This document shows, piece by piece, positions 48,690 to 59,546 of a stretch of DNA of 64,000 nt. The stretch covers positions 61,585 to 125,584 of the forward strand of contig JBFFUI010000003.1 of NCBI GenBank assembly GCA_041571435.1, given 5' to 3'. The notes beneath the pieces were generated by a model. That model was given only the letters and a program-made list of their open reading frames with translations. It did not search any database and was not told the origin of the DNA. The position numbers and the translations under genes are program-made. The stretch comes from Sulfurimonadaceae bacterium (GTDB lineage: Bacteria > Campylobacterota > Campylobacteria > Campylobacterales > Sulfurimonadaceae). Within the stretch, counting starts at the first letter, position 1. Each line of letters opens with the position of its first letter.

Positions 48690-49364
48690 TCAATAGTTTT
48701 TCCAGGCCTCTTCTGAGACATCGGCATCGCGGTATTCGTAAAGCAGTTTTAAAAAGTAGTCTCTATAGACCTCGATAGCGCCTAACGATTTAAGGTGCTC
48801 TGTCGGTACCTGGGCATCGACAAAGGCGTAGCCCCACTCTTTAAGTTTCCCGATCAACACGGCAAATGCCACTTTCGAAGCATCGCTTTTCTCGGCAAAC
48901 ATAGACTCCCCGCAGAACACCGCGCCCACACCGATACCGTACAGTCCGCCGACCAGCTCACCTTCATAGTAGGCCTCGACCGAGTGGGCTTTTCCAAGCG
49001 CATGGAGCGCTGTCATCGCTTCGATCAGTTCGGGCTGCAGCCAGGTCCCGTTCTGTCCCGGACGGTGGATGCTGGAACATCGCTCAAGCACCTCTTCAAA
49101 CGCGGTATCAAAACGGACCTCAAAATGTTTCATCCGTTTTTTCAGGGATTTGCGAAGTTTAAAATCATCCAGATGAAGTATAAGGCGGGGGTCCGGTGAC
49201 CACCAGAGTATCGGGTCACCCTTGGCATACCAGGGAAAGATCCCCTCTCTGTAGGCCAAAAGAAGCCGAGAAGGGCTCAGGTCACCGCCGTAGGCAACGA
49301 TACCATCCTCATTCGCTTCGTTGGGATGGGGAAAACGGAGAGTGTAATCCAGTTTTGTGATCAT
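48690..49364 (-). CDS. aat: Leucyl/phenylalanyl-tRNA-protein transferase
   Basis: GGDL, GIFPW, WWSPDPR, GGLYG, GESMF, DASK. Confidence 0.96.
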   Translation of the reverse strand: MITKLDYTLRFPHPNEANEDGIVAYGGDLSPSRLLLAYREGIFPWYAKGDPILWWSPDPRLILHLDDFKLRKSLKKRMKHFEVRFDTAFEEVLERCSSIHRPGQNGTWLQPELIEAMTALHALGKAHSVEAYYEGELVGGLYGIGVGAVFCGESMFAEKSDASKVAFAVLIGKLKEWGYAFVDAQVPTEHLKSLGAIEVYRDYFLKLLYEYRDADVSEEAWKNY

Positions 49365-51544
49365 TCACTGAAATCGAACGTCAACGTATCCGTATAGTCA
49401 ACCTTGACCTTACCGCCGTGTTTCAACGCACCGAAAAGCATCTCGTCGGTCAGCTTGTCCTTGATCCGCTCCTGGATCACACGGCCGAGCGGACGGGCGC
49501 CCATAGCCACATCATAACCCATCTCAGCCAGATAGCCGCGCGCGCTTTCCGTAATCTCGACCTGTACTTTTTTCTTGGCAAGCTGTGCATTCAGCTCGGC
49601 AATGAACTTGTCGACAATGTTTTCAACGACTTCGATCTTGAGCGGCGCGAATTCGACAACGGCATCCAGTCTGTTTCTGAATTCCGGGGTAAAGAAGGCT
49701 TTGAGCTCTTCGCCTCGGGAGAGTGACTGATCGGCATTAAAGCCCATAACACTGGCTGCCTGCGCACCCACATTGGAGGTCATGATCAGAACGACGTTTT
49801 TAAAGTTGGCTTTGTAGCCGTTATTGTCCGTCAGCGTTGCACTGTCCATCACCTGCAGCAGGATATTGACCAGGTCGGGGTGCGCTTTTTCAATCTCATC
49901 CAAGAGCAAGACCGTGTATGGATGTTTGCGGATGACCTCTGTGAGCAGGCCGCCCTGTTCGTAACCGACATAACCCGGAGGCGCACCGACCAGGCGGGAA
50001 AGGGCATGTTTCTCCATGTATTCACTCATATCGAAACGCTCAAAGTGGATCCCCATCTCATCTGCAAGCGATTTGGCAAGTTCTGTTTTCCCCACACCGG
50101 TCGGTCCGGAGAAGAGGAATGAACCGATCGGTTTTTCACTCGGATTCAGCCCTGCGCGTGAGCGTTTGATCGCCTGTGCAACCTTCTCGACTGCCAGGTC
50201 CTGGCCAATGACACGTTTTTTAAGATCCGCTTCCAGACGCTCAAGTCGGCTCGTATCATCTTCGGTCATACGCGATGTCGGTACACCCGTAATCTTGGAG
50301 ATCACTTTCTCGATGTCATGCGGTGTCACCGTATTGCGTTTTTTCTTGCTCAGATGGAACGAGGCCCCCGCTTCATCGATAAGGTCGATGGCGACATCCG
50401 GCAAAAAGCGGTCGCTGATGTACTTCTTGGAGAGTTCAACAGCTGCTATAAGTGCCTTGTCCATATACTTGAGATGATGATGCTGTTCATATTTTGAACG
50501 CAATCCTTTCAGAATAAGCACACTGTCTTTAAGCGACGGTTCGTCCACATCAATACGGGCAAAACGTCGGCTCAGCGCACGATCTTTTTCAAAGGCATTG
50601 CGATACTCGGCGAAGGTTGTCGCACCCATGCATTTCAGCTCACCTGAGGCAAGTGCCGGTTTAAGCTGGTTGGAAGCGTCCATACTGCCGCCGCTGACGG
50701 CACCTGCACCGACAAGGGTATGGATCTCATCAATAAACAAGATCGCATCCTTGGTCATTTTAAGCTCGTCGATAACACCCTTCAGACGCTTCTCAAAATC
50801 GCCGCGGTATTTCGTTCCGGCAAGCATCGCAGAGAGATCAAGCGCAAATACCGGAGCGGCATGCAGAATCGCTGGCACATCATCTTCGCTGATACGCAGC
50901 GCAAGCCCTTCTGCTATAGCCGTCTTACCGACACCCGGTTCACCGACAAGCAACGGATTGTTTTTCTTGCGGCGGCAGAGCGTCTGTACGACACGTTCGA
51001 TCTCCTCTGTTCGACCGATCACCGGGTCGATCTTGCCCTCTTTGGCCTTTGCCACAAGATTGATCGTGTATTTGTCAAGATAGCTCTCTGCCTCATCATC
51101 GGCTGTCGGTGTCGTCTCAATATCCTGATGCGAGATCACTTCCAGGACATCCACTCGCGAGATCTCCTGCTCCTCCAGCAGTGCGATGGCAAAGGTGTGC
51201 TCTTCTTCAAACACAGCCGCCATCAGATCACCTACATCCGCCTGATCTTTTTGCGCACTTTGAATATGCTTGATCATCTTGTCGATCATGCGCGAAAGTG
51301 CGACCGTTTCAAACGGCTCCTGATTGACATCTTCCGGTAAAGGCTGCATCGTCTCGCTCAAGTACGCCGCGGCTGCCGCTCGCATCGCATCAACATCACC
51401 GCCGCACTCTTTAATAATAGCAATACCCTCTTTAGACCCGAGCAGCGCAAAAAAGACATGTTCTATTGTCAGATATTCGTGCCGCTGGTCTTTGGCATAG
51501 ATAAGCGCTTTTTGGAAAATACTGTTTAGTTCTGCACTGATCAT
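49361..51544 (-). CDS. clpA: ATP-dependent Clp protease ATPase subunit ClpA
   Basis: Two AAA+ modules (GEPGVGKT, GPTGVGKT), MGF loop, clpS upstream. Confidence 0.96.
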   Translation of the reverse strand: MISAELNSIFQKALIYAKDQRHEYLTIEHVFFALLGSKEGIAIIKECGGDVDAMRAAAAAYLSETMQPLPEDVNQEPFETVALSRMIDKMIKHIQSAQKDQADVGDLMAAVFEEEHTFAIALLEEQEISRVDVLEVISHQDIETTPTADDEAESYLDKYTINLVAKAKEGKIDPVIGRTEEIERVVQTLCRRKKNNPLLVGEPGVGKTAIAEGLALRISEDDVPAILHAAPVFALDLSAMLAGTKYRGDFEKRLKGVIDELKMTKDAILFIDEIHTLVGAGAVSGGSMDASNQLKPALASGELKCMGATTFAEYRNAFEKDRALSRRFARIDVDEPSLKDSVLILKGLRSKYEQHHHLKYMDKALIAAVELSKKYISDRFLPDVAIDLIDEAGASFHLSKKKRNTVTPHDIEKVISKITGVPTSRMTEDDTSRLERLEADLKKRVIGQDLAVEKVAQAIKRSRAGLNPSEKPIGSFLFSGPTGVGKTELAKSLADEMGIHFERFDMSEYMEKHALSRLVGAPPGYVGYEQGGLLTEVIRKHPYTVLLLDEIEKAHPDLVNILLQVMDSATLTDNNGYKANFKNVVLIMTSNVGAQAASVMGFNADQSLSRGEELKAFFTPEFRNRLDAVVEFAPLKIEVVENIVDKFIAELNAQLAKKKVQVEITESARGYLAEMGYDVAMGARPLGRVIQERIKDKLTDEMLFGALKHGGKVKVDYTDTLTFDFSE

Positions 51545-51545
51545 C

Positions 51546-51839
51546 TTACGCTTCCTCCATCGTTGCTTTTAGCGGAAAGCCCTGCTCTCTGGCAAGTTTA
51601 CTTACCTGCATCACCTTCGTCTCTGCCACTTCATAGGTGTAGATGCCGCAGACACCACGGTCTTTTTTATGCACGTCCAGCATAATCTTTTCGGCCTCTT
51701 GATAGTTTTTATGAAAGACGTTCATCAAGACGTCGATCACAAAATCCATTGACGTGTAATCATCGTTTAACAGATAGACAAGGTACTGTTTAGGCTCCCT
51801 TACTGAGAGCTCGCCTTCTAACGCATGTTTGGTACTCAA
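51546..51839 (-). CDS. clpS: Clp adaptor ClpS
   Basis: LLNDDYTSMDFV, VH, AETK, FPL; probable TTG start at 51839. Confidence 0.94.
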   Translation of the reverse strand: MSTKHALEGELSVREPKQYLVYLLNDDYTSMDFVIDVLMNVFHKNYQEAEKIMLDVHKKDRGVCGIYTYEVAETKVMQVSKLAREQGFPLKATMEEA

Positions 51840-52011
51840 ATAAGGTCCTACTTTTATAGATAATAGAAAATGTAACAATCTTTGGGTGTTGTTTTGCTTA
51901 AGGGTAGGAGTTAGCTTGTTTTTATGAGGATTCGCGTCAACTATCTCTCTCCCAAGTAATCTGCAAAGGCACTCTCAACAAAGCTGAATTTTTAGACGCT
52001 ATACTACCAAT

Positions 52012-52500
52012 ATGACCATCGAAAAAGTGCATACCCAAAAACAGTTACAGTGCATCGAAAAGCTTGCATTCGAGATCTGGCATGAACACTACACACCTAT
52101 CATAAGCAGACCCCAGGTAGAGTACATGCTCGGAATGTTCCAAAGTAAGGAAGCGATGACAAAGCAGCTTGAAGAGGGCTATTTATACTATTTGTTGACA
52201 CAAGAGAACGAAGCTGTCGGTTATATGGCCGTACAGCCTGAAAAAGGGCAGCTCTTTATGAGCAAGTTCTATATAAAATCTTCACACCGCGGCCAGGGCT
52301 ATGGAAGGGCTGCCATCGATTTTCTAAAAGAGCTTTCCGACGACAACGCACTGAACGCTATTGTGCTGACCGTCAACAAAAACAACACCAACACTCTGAA
52401 AGTCTATAAAAGGCTCGGCTTTATCAATGTCGGCTCTCTTATCCAGCCTATCGGTAACGGTTATGTAATGGATGATTATAAGATGATAAAGAGACTCTAA
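52012..52500 (+). CDS. GNAT N-acetyltransferase
   Basis: RGQGYG, LTVNKNN, YKRLGF, MDDY.M. Confidence 0.88.
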   Translation: MTIEKVHTQKQLQCIEKLAFEIWHEHYTPIISRPQVEYMLGMFQSKEAMTKQLEEGYLYYLLTQENEAVGYMAVQPEKGQLFMSKFYIKSSHRGQGYGRAAIDFLKELSDDNALNAIVLTVNKNNTNTLKVYKRLGFINVGSLIQPIGNGYVMDDYKMIKRL

Positions 52501-52516
52501 AGAGGGAAAAACCCTC

Positions 52517-53752
52517 CTAGCCGGCAGCTTGAATGAAGTCCTCAATAATATCGTCCGGATTCTCAAGCCCGATCGAAATACGGATCAACCCATCCGTGAT
52601 CCCAAGAAACTTACGCGTCTCCTCGTCAAAGTCACTGTAGATCGTTGAAGCCATATGAAGAGCCAGTGTTCGGCTGTCGCCGATATTGGCCGTAATCGTC
52701 GCCAGTTTCGTACGGCGCAAAAATGTATATGCCGCTTCCTGCGTACCCATATCAATTGTCATCAGAGTACCGCAACCTTTTGAGAACTGTGCTTCGTAAC
52801 GTACATTTTGTTCATGCCCTTCGATAGAGGGGTGGTTGACCTTGATCCCCTTGGCATGTAGGGTACGGGCGATCTTCTCAACGCTGTTGACGATACGGTC
52901 CATTCTGAGAGGCATCGTCTCCAGACCTAAAAGCGTCAGGTAGGATGAAAACGCCGAAGCGCTCATACCAAAGTCGCGCATTGCACGCTTTTTAGCGTTA
53001 GCGATCAGGGCCATTTTGCCCATCTTTTTGATGAACTTATGCACCTCTTCGTAACGTGCTGTTTTGAACTTGTCGTCACATTCGTCAATAGCGCGGAAGA
53101 CCACTGCACCGCCAAGGACTGAGGCGTTACCACTGATAATCTTGGTTGTCGAGTAGACGACGATATCCGCACCAAGCTCAAGCGGTGCAACGCTCATTGG
53201 CGTAATCGTGTTGTCAACAATAAGAACAATGCCGTTTCGGCCTGCAATGTCCGCAATGGCCCGAATGTCTGGCAGACGCATGTTCGGATTGCCAACAGAC
53301 TCTAAAAAGATGATCTTCGTGCTCTCGTCAATGGCATCTTCTATACTTTCAAATTCGTCCACGTCAAAAAACTGCGTCGTGATACCAAAACGGGTGAGTG
53401 TTTCGGAAAAGTAGGAGTAGGTACCGCCAAACAGACCGCCGATACTGATAATGCTGTCACCGCTTTTGAGCAATGACATCGTCGCCAGTGTTGTTGCCGC
53501 CATACCCGAACTGGTAGCGACGGCACCCACACCGCCGTCCATCTCTGCCAGGATACTTTCGAGTTTCGCTGTCGTCGGGTTGCCCATTCGCGAGTAAAGC
53601 GGTTTTTTAATACTCCCGTCAAAAATCCCTTCGGCTGTCTCCGGAGAGCCATATCCAAAGGCGGCGGATTGTGTGATAGCAGGGCTAATCGCGCCCTCTT
53701 TGGAACCTACGTTTTGGACAAAATAGGTCGAAAACTCTTCAAAATTATTCAT
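52517..53752 (-). CDS. Cys/Met metabolism PLP enzyme (O-acetylhomoserine sulfhydrylase MetY/MetZ-like)
   Basis: YSRMGNPT, SSGMAA, DNT, STTK, ANIGD, RISIGLE; start moved to ATG 53752. Confidence 0.85.
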   Translation of the reverse strand: MNNFEEFSTYFVQNVGSKEGAISPAITQSAAFGYGSPETAEGIFDGSIKKPLYSRMGNPTTAKLESILAEMDGGVGAVATSSGMAATTLATMSLLKSGDSIISIGGLFGGTYSYFSETLTRFGITTQFFDVDEFESIEDAIDESTKIIFLESVGNPNMRLPDIRAIADIAGRNGIVLIVDNTITPMSVAPLELGADIVVYSTTKIISGNASVLGGAVVFRAIDECDDKFKTARYEEVHKFIKKMGKMALIANAKKRAMRDFGMSASAFSSYLTLLGLETMPLRMDRIVNSVEKIARTLHAKGIKVNHPSIEGHEQNVRYEAQFSKGCGTLMTIDMGTQEAAYTFLRRTKLATITANIGDSRTLALHMASTIYSDFDEETRKFLGITDGLIRISIGLENPDDIIEDFIQAAG

Positions 53753-53839
53753 TAGAAACCTTAGTCGGGGCACAAATGAATATCTACTCAAAGCTGCCCT
53801 GCTGTAAAATGTGCGAAATTATAACAAAAAGAAATTAGA

Positions 53840-54481
53840 GTGGCTAAACGAATCTTCATAACCGCGACCAATACCGATATAGGAAAGACTTATGTTACGA
53901 CGCATCTGCTCGAGCACTATGCGTCACTGGGTTTTAAAGTGGGTGTCATCAAACCTATAGAGACCGGTGTCGAAAATACGCCGATTGACGGCTCGCTTCT
54001 CTTTTCACTTGTCCATCGACTTAACCCGGACTTGAAGGCACTCGATATCAATGACATTGTCCCTATCCAGTTTCAGCTGCCGGCAGCACCCTACTGTGCC
54101 AATGGGGCCAGAGCTATTGACCTCACTGTTATCGATGCAGCGATCCAAAAGATAGAGCCTTTTTGCGATATTTTGATCATCGAAGGGGCTGGCGGGCTCT
54201 ATGTCCCTATTGACAAAGAGACCATGATGATCGATCTTATCGAACGTTTTGATGCAAAGGCCCTGCTGGTCTCTCATTGCAGACTCGGTTGCATCAATGA
54301 CACGATCCTCTCTATCAACGCACTAAGAGAGAGGGATCTGGACTTTATATGGACACTCAACTGCCATGCAGAAGATCAGAGTTTCCATACTGTCTCGGAA
54401 CCCTATTTCAAAGACAATTTTCCCGACTTCACTATCTTTAGCTATGACATTGGCGACATTGCTAAAACACTTTTGCTATAA
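53840..54481 (+). CDS. bioD: Dethiobiotin synthase
   Basis: TNTDIGKT, KPIETG, EGAGG, LGCIN. Confidence 0.94.
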   Translation: MAKRIFITATNTDIGKTYVTTHLLEHYASLGFKVGVIKPIETGVENTPIDGSLLFSLVHRLNPDLKALDINDIVPIQFQLPAAPYCANGARAIDLTVIDAAIQKIEPFCDILIIEGAGGLYVPIDKETMMIDLIERFDAKALLVSHCRLGCINDTILSINALRERDLDFIWTLNCHAEDQSFHTVSEPYFKDNFPDFTIFSYDIGDIAKTLLL

Positions 54482-54520
54482 TCATGTTCATAATTAAATT
54501 CGGTCAACAGGAGAGAGAGG

Positions 54521-55396
54521 ATGCGCCACCTTATACGAACAGATGACTTTAGCATCAATGAGATAGAAGAGCTTCTACGCGATGCCGAAGCCTATTCAAA
54601 AGGCGGCTTTGATCGGATTTTACAAAACAAAATCATCATCACACTCTTCTTTGAGAATTCCACCCGTACAAAAAGCTCATTTGAAATTGCAGCGAAACGT
54701 CTGGGTGCGGAGATCGTACATCTTGATGTTGCAAAAAGCTCCACAAAAAAAGGGGAGACCCTGATTGATACGGCGACCAACCTGGATGCCATGGGACCGC
54801 ATGCAATAATTGTCCGTCACGCCGATGCCGGAGTGCCCAAGATCCTTTCCAACCATACCAACGCGTCGATTATCAATGCCGGAGACGGTGCCCACGCGCA
54901 TCCGACACAGGCCCTCCTTGACCTCTTTACACTCAAACAGCATTTCGGTGAACTTCAAGGCAAACGTATTGCGATCGTCGGCGATATCAAAAACTCGCGT
55001 GTCGCCAACTCCAACATCGAACTTCTGTCACGATTCGGTCTGAACGTCACCCTTGTGGCACCGCCACAGTTCATGCCTGTCACGGAGCTGCCGAGTACCT
55101 ATCATCTTAACGATGTGATCGACAATGTCGATATTATCATGAGTCTGCGTACGCAGACAGAACGTCATTCACAGCAATCCTACGCTTCGCTCAAAGATTA
55201 TGCCAGCGACTTCTGTATCACAAAAGAGCTGGTCGGTGACAGGGATCTGATTATCTTGCACCCGGGACCGGTCCATCGCAACATCGACATCGATGACGCC
55301 CTTTTAGCCGATGAACGCTGTAAAGTATTGCAGCAGGTCTCCAATGGGGTCTCGATGCGCATGGCTGTCCTTAAAAAACTTATAGATGCGCAATAA
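54521..55396 (+). CDS. pyrB: Aspartate carbamoyltransferase catalytic subunit
   Basis: [22 protein letters not shown]. Confidence 0.96.
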   Translation: MRHLIRTDDFSINEIEELLRDAEAYSKGGFDRILQNKIIITLFFENSTRTKSSFEIAAKRLGAEIVHLDVAKSSTKKGETLIDTATNLDAMGPHAIIVRHADAGVPKILSNHTNASIINAGDGAHAHPTQALLDLFTLKQHFGELQGKRIAIVGDIKNSRVANSNIELLSRFGLNVTLVAPPQFMPVTELPSTYHLNDVIDNVDIIMSLRTQTERHSQQSYASLKDYASDFCITKELVGDRDLIILHPGPVHRNIDIDDALLADERCKVLQQVSNGVSMRMAVLKKLIDAQ

Positions 55397-56315
55397 GATA
55401 TCCCGACTTGCCTCCAGAGGCATCCCCTTTCTCCTTATCAGTGACTTCAAAGCGGATACGATTCTTGTCTATACAGAGGAGGAGCTCGATGGCGAAGATA
55501 TTGCCTTCAGCTTCACCCCTACTGCCCCTCTTGAACCGACACCTTTGATCAAACACCCCATTGATTATCAAACCTACAAAAAGGGATTTGAGAAGATCAT
55601 TGAGCATATCAAGGCCGGAGAGACCTATCTGCTTAACTACACCTGCTCTACACCGGTAGAGGCGACGCTCTCGCTCAAGGAGATCTACCAAAAAGCCCAT
55701 GCATTGTTCAAACTCCGTTTTAAAGACGACTTTGTCTGTTTCTCTCCGGAACGTTTTATCAAGATAGAGGGCAATACCATCTCGACCTACCCCATGAAAG
55801 GGACCATTGACGCGGCACTCCCTGATGCTGAGAAGCGCATACTCACCAATGAAAAAGAGATGGCGGAGCATATCATGGTGGTCGACCTGCTTCGAAATGA
55901 TTTGGGTATCGTCGCACGCGACATCAAGGTTGAAAAGTTTCGCTACATCGATCATCTGAAAACAGGTGCTAAAGAGCTGCTGCAGGTCTCTTCCATGATC
56001 ACGGGAGAACTCCCCGCTACATGGCGAGAGACGTTCGGCGACATCATCACTGCCCTGCTCCCTGCCGGCAGTATCAGCGGTACACCGAAACGAAGTACCG
56101 TCGCTATCATAGAAGAGGTCGAAGCCCACAAAAGAGGCTTCTTTACCGGTATCTTCGGCTATTTCGACGGCCGAAACTTTGACAGTGCCGTGATGATACG
56201 TTTTATTGAAAAACAGAACGGTCAGCTTATCTACAAAAGCGGCGGCGGGATAACGCTTGAAAGCCGCGCTGAAGACGAGTACCAGGAGATGCTGGACAAG
56301 ATCTATATTCCATAA
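55386..56315 (+). CDS. pabB: Aminodeoxychorismate synthase component I
   Basis: [34 protein letters not shown]. Confidence 0.9.
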   Translation: MRNKISRLASRGIPFLLISDFKADTILVYTEEELDGEDIAFSFTPTAPLEPTPLIKHPIDYQTYKKGFEKIIEHIKAGETYLLNYTCSTPVEATLSLKEIYQKAHALFKLRFKDDFVCFSPERFIKIEGNTISTYPMKGTIDAALPDAEKRILTNEKEMAEHIMVVDLLRNDLGIVARDIKVEKFRYIDHLKTGAKELLQVSSMITGELPATWRETFGDIITALLPAGSISGTPKRSTVAIIEEVEAHKRGFFTGIFGYFDGRNFDSAVMIRFIEKQNGQLIYKSGGGITLESRAEDEYQEMLDKIYIP

Positions 56316-56388
56316 TCTGCGATAACATGTAAAAAACTTAATTTAACATCTATTGTAGTAAACTAATATTTTATCAGAAAGCGGATCA

Positions 56389-57798
56389 GTGACATTACTC
56401 AAGAAAAAATTTTACTCATGCATGAACAGCGGCCTTGAATTCGACGACAGTCAGATCGAGCTTAAAACCCGACACAAAGTTATCAATATCACTGTTTTTC
56501 TCGCAATCATTGGACTGCTTTTCGGAATCGGCATTACGCTGGTCTCAGGCGGTTCTTCAGCCGGTATCATCGTCAACCTGTCAGCCATTACGATTCTGAT
56601 CGCCACTTCGATAGCTCTACGTATTTTCAAAAAACGTTTTGATCTTATCACAACCATCTTTGCATCCGAATTTCTGATCCTCTTCAATCTTCTACTCTTT
56701 GTCGCTGAGCCTTCACAACTCAAACATGTTTGGCTGTTGACCTACCCGGCTCTCATCTTTTTCTACAAGGGTAAAAATGCCTGGATCGCCTGGATAGGAT
56801 ATCTTGTCCTCTCTCTTTTTATCTCAAAACTCCAGCCATTCATACCTATGGACTACAGCTTGAGAGACATTGTCTACCTCTCTGTCGTTCTCATCATCAT
56901 GACGATCGTCATCTATATCTATAAACATCAGATCGATCTTGGCAATGAGACGATCCGGAGCCAAAAAGTGCAGCTTGAAGCCCTGACCAAAGAGTTGGAA
57001 TTTAAGGTTCAGGAGAAGACAAAGGAGCTCCAGAAGCTCAACGTCAGCCTTGAACAAAAAGTTGATGACAAAGCCAAAGAGCTTGTTGAAAAAGATGCCA
57101 TGATCCTGGCACAGTCTCGTCAGGCAGCAATGGGTGAGATGATCAGTATGATCGCCCACCAATGGCGCCAACCGCTCTCCACTATTACGCTGCAGATAAC
57201 AAACCTGAAGATTAACGCCCTGTTGGGCAAACAGACTGTTGATGAGACAAATACAGCCTTGGAGCATATTTCCAACACTATTATCTACCTCTCCGAAACG
57301 ATTGATGACTTCCAGAGCTTTTTTAAACCCAACAAGAAACAAGAGCGCAAAAGCATCTGCGAACTGGTTGAACGCGGAACAAGCTTTGCAAAACCGCGTT
57401 TAAAACTCGCTGATATCAACCTGATCAACACATGCAGCGAGGATGTATACATCCTGACCTATCCTAACGAATTTGCCCAGGTCATCATCAACATCATCAA
57501 TAATGCCATTGATGCACTCTTGGAGAACGCCATTGAGCAACCTATCATTAACGTGAACATCGTTCACAACAACCATACAATCGAGATCAGTATCAGTGAT
57601 AATGCCGGAGGGATCGCTTTGGAGATCATCAACAATATCTTTGAGCCTTACTTCAGTACCAAAGGTAAAAACGGGACAGGGTTGGGTCTTTATATGAGTA
57701 AAATGATTGTTGAAAAAGAGTTTGGCGGTCTCTTGCAGGTCAAAAACAACAGCGTTGGTGCTGAGTTTACAATAAAGATCCCTTACGCTAATCATTAG
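56389..57798 (+). CDS. Multi-TM sensor histidine kinase
   Basis: Several TM helices, coiled coil, AHQWRQPL, NNAID, DNAGG, FEPYFSTK, GTGLGL. Confidence 0.92.
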   Translation: MTLLKKKFYSCMNSGLEFDDSQIELKTRHKVINITVFLAIIGLLFGIGITLVSGGSSAGIIVNLSAITILIATSIALRIFKKRFDLITTIFASEFLILFNLLLFVAEPSQLKHVWLLTYPALIFFYKGKNAWIAWIGYLVLSLFISKLQPFIPMDYSLRDIVYLSVVLIIMTIVIYIYKHQIDLGNETIRSQKVQLEALTKELEFKVQEKTKELQKLNVSLEQKVDDKAKELVEKDAMILAQSRQAAMGEMISMIAHQWRQPLSTITLQITNLKINALLGKQTVDETNTALEHISNTIIYLSETIDDFQSFFKPNKKQERKSICELVERGTSFAKPRLKLADINLINTCSEDVYILTYPNEFAQVIINIINNAIDALLENAIEQPIINVNIVHNNHTIEISISDNAGGIALEIINNIFEPYFSTKGKNGTGLGLYMSKMIVEKEFGGLLQVKNNSVGAEFTIKIPYANH

Positions 57799-58180
57799 CC
57801 AGGGATTCGACCAGTCTCCTGTTTACATTGTCACAGAACTGTTCAAAAGAGGGAAGTTCCAAAAATGCTTCGCGCTGTTTCATGCCCCACATAGGCTCAG
57901 GAAAAAAGCTGTCTTCTTTAAAACGTGCCATAATATGCCAGTGGACCAGAGGGACGTAGTTTCCAAATGATGCGATATTGATCTTGGTAGGTCGATAGTA
58001 GGCGAGCATCTCTTTTTCAATAATATCCAGTGCTTCAAAGATCGCAGATTTCTCTTCTGCACTGCATTCGCTGAACTCTTTACGTTCAGTCTGGGTGAAA
58101 ATCTTCAACCAGGGGATTTCACTTTTTTCGATTTCAACACGTATCAGACTGTTTTGATACATGCTAATGGAGTTTGTCAT
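57788..58180 (-). CDS. HIT family protein
   Basis: PWLKIF, KINIASFGN, VHWH; true start is ATG 58180 or 58162, not 58309. Confidence 0.82.
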   Translation of the reverse strand: MTNSISMYQNSLIRVEIEKSEIPWLKIFTQTERKEFSECSAEEKSAIFEALDIIEKEMLAYYRPTKINIASFGNYVPLVHWHIMARFKEDSFFPEPMWGMKQREAFLELPSFEQFCDNVNRRLVESLAND

Positions 58181-58448
58181 CTTTACGGCGACGTTTGTGA
58201 CGTCGCGACTTCTCCCCAACACGTCTCTCTGAACGGTGATGGCGTCTTTCTGGAAGTTTACTTTCATGCTGAAGTTGATTCGATTTTCGACGCCCCTGAT
58301 GCTCAACACGACGATCTTTCAGACCCGAGCGGCGTTTCTCTTTTCGTCGATCTTTTTTGCCGCTGTAAGGGTTGTGAAATTTCAACCAGAGTAAGATTAT
58401 CACCAAAACACCAAAAAGAATTCCGAATGTCTGCTTGTCAAGTTCCAC
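58164..58448 (-). CDS. Small single-TM protein with Arg-rich (D/E)RR repeats
   Basis: N-terminal TM helix, then DRR..KRR..DRR..GRR..ERR..ERR..SRR; AAGG upstream of a GTG start. Confidence 0.65.
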   Translation of the reverse strand: MELDKQTFGILFGVLVIILLWLKFHNPYSGKKDRRKEKRRSGLKDRRVEHQGRRKSNQLQHESKLPERRHHRSERRVGEKSRRHKRRRKDDKLH

Positions 58449-58550
58449 AGAAAACCTTCTAAAAATTATATTTGCATAGATTGTATTCTAACAGAAAAAT
58501 TCAAAAAAAAGTAACAGAGCGGTTTCCCCGCCTGTCTAGAATATTGGAAG

Positions 58551-59546
58551 TTACTTTGAAAGAGGTGAAAAAGGCACCAGGGCCGAGCCCCAGGTAAGGC
58601 CGCCGCCGAAAGCGTCAAGCAGCATCATCTCGCCTGCTTTGAGTCCGCCTTCTTCATAGAGATCATTGATCGCCATCGGAATGGATGCGCCCGAAGTGTT
58701 CCCGTATTTGTGAACTGTCAGCACCACCTGCTCTTCACGCATCTTAAGTGCATCCCCAACCGCTTTTATGATGCGGTAGTTGGCCTGGTGCGGGATAAAA
58801 TGGTCAATGGCATCCGCACTGATATTATTGTCAGCCAAAATCTCGACAACGTCTTTCGTCAAGGTACGGACTGCAATCTTGAAAGTCTCATTACCCTTCA
58901 TCTGAATAAATGATGCTTCTGACTTCAGTTCATTTTTGTGAGGATTTCCTGTTCCACCATCCGGTGTCATCAAAAAGTCACCTAGACTTCCATCTGCAGC
59001 CGTATGAAGATCGACAATAGCTTCATCTTTGTTCTCCGTTGCAGAGATCACAGCTGCTCCGGCGCCATCACCGAAAAGGATACAGGTACCGCGATCAGAG
59101 TAATCTGTGATCGCAGACATTTTTTCAGCACCGATGATAAGGACGTTTTTCTTCATACCCGATTCAATAAAAGCCTTGGCAACACCCAAGACATAAATAA
59201 AACCGGTACATGCAGCTGAAATATCAAATGCAGAGACTTTGTCGAGTCCCATCTTATGGGCAATGACGGTTGCCGTCGAAGGCATATTAAAATAGTCCGG
59301 AGAGATAGTAGCAACAACAATCATATCGATGTCACTCTTTTTCAATCCAGAACGTTCTATCGCTTTTTCTGCTGCTTTGACACCCATATCCGAGGTCGTC
59401 TCATTATCTGCCGCAATACGACGTTCTTTAATACCTGTACGTTTTGTAATCCACTCATCAGTGGTGTCGACCATTTTAGTCAAATCTTCATTAGTGAGAA
59501 TTCTTTCAGGTACATAAGCACCGATAGAGCGGAAAGCAGCGTACAT
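58551..59546 (-). CDS. fabH: Beta-ketoacyl-ACP synthase III
   Basis: AACTGF, FGDGAGA, PHQAN, GNTS. Confidence 0.96.
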   Translation of the reverse strand: MYAAFRSIGAYVPERILTNEDLTKMVDTTDEWITKRTGIKERRIAADNETTSDMGVKAAEKAIERSGLKKSDIDMIVVATISPDYFNMPSTATVIAHKMGLDKVSAFDISAACTGFIYVLGVAKAFIESGMKKNVLIIGAEKMSAITDYSDRGTCILFGDGAGAAVISATENKDEAIVDLHTAADGSLGDFLMTPDGGTGNPHKNELKSEASFIQMKGNETFKIAVRTLTKDVVEILADNNISADAIDHFIPHQANYRIIKAVGDALKMREEQVVLTVHKYGNTSGASIPMAINDLYEEGGLKAGEMMLLDAFGGGLTWGSALVPFSPLSK

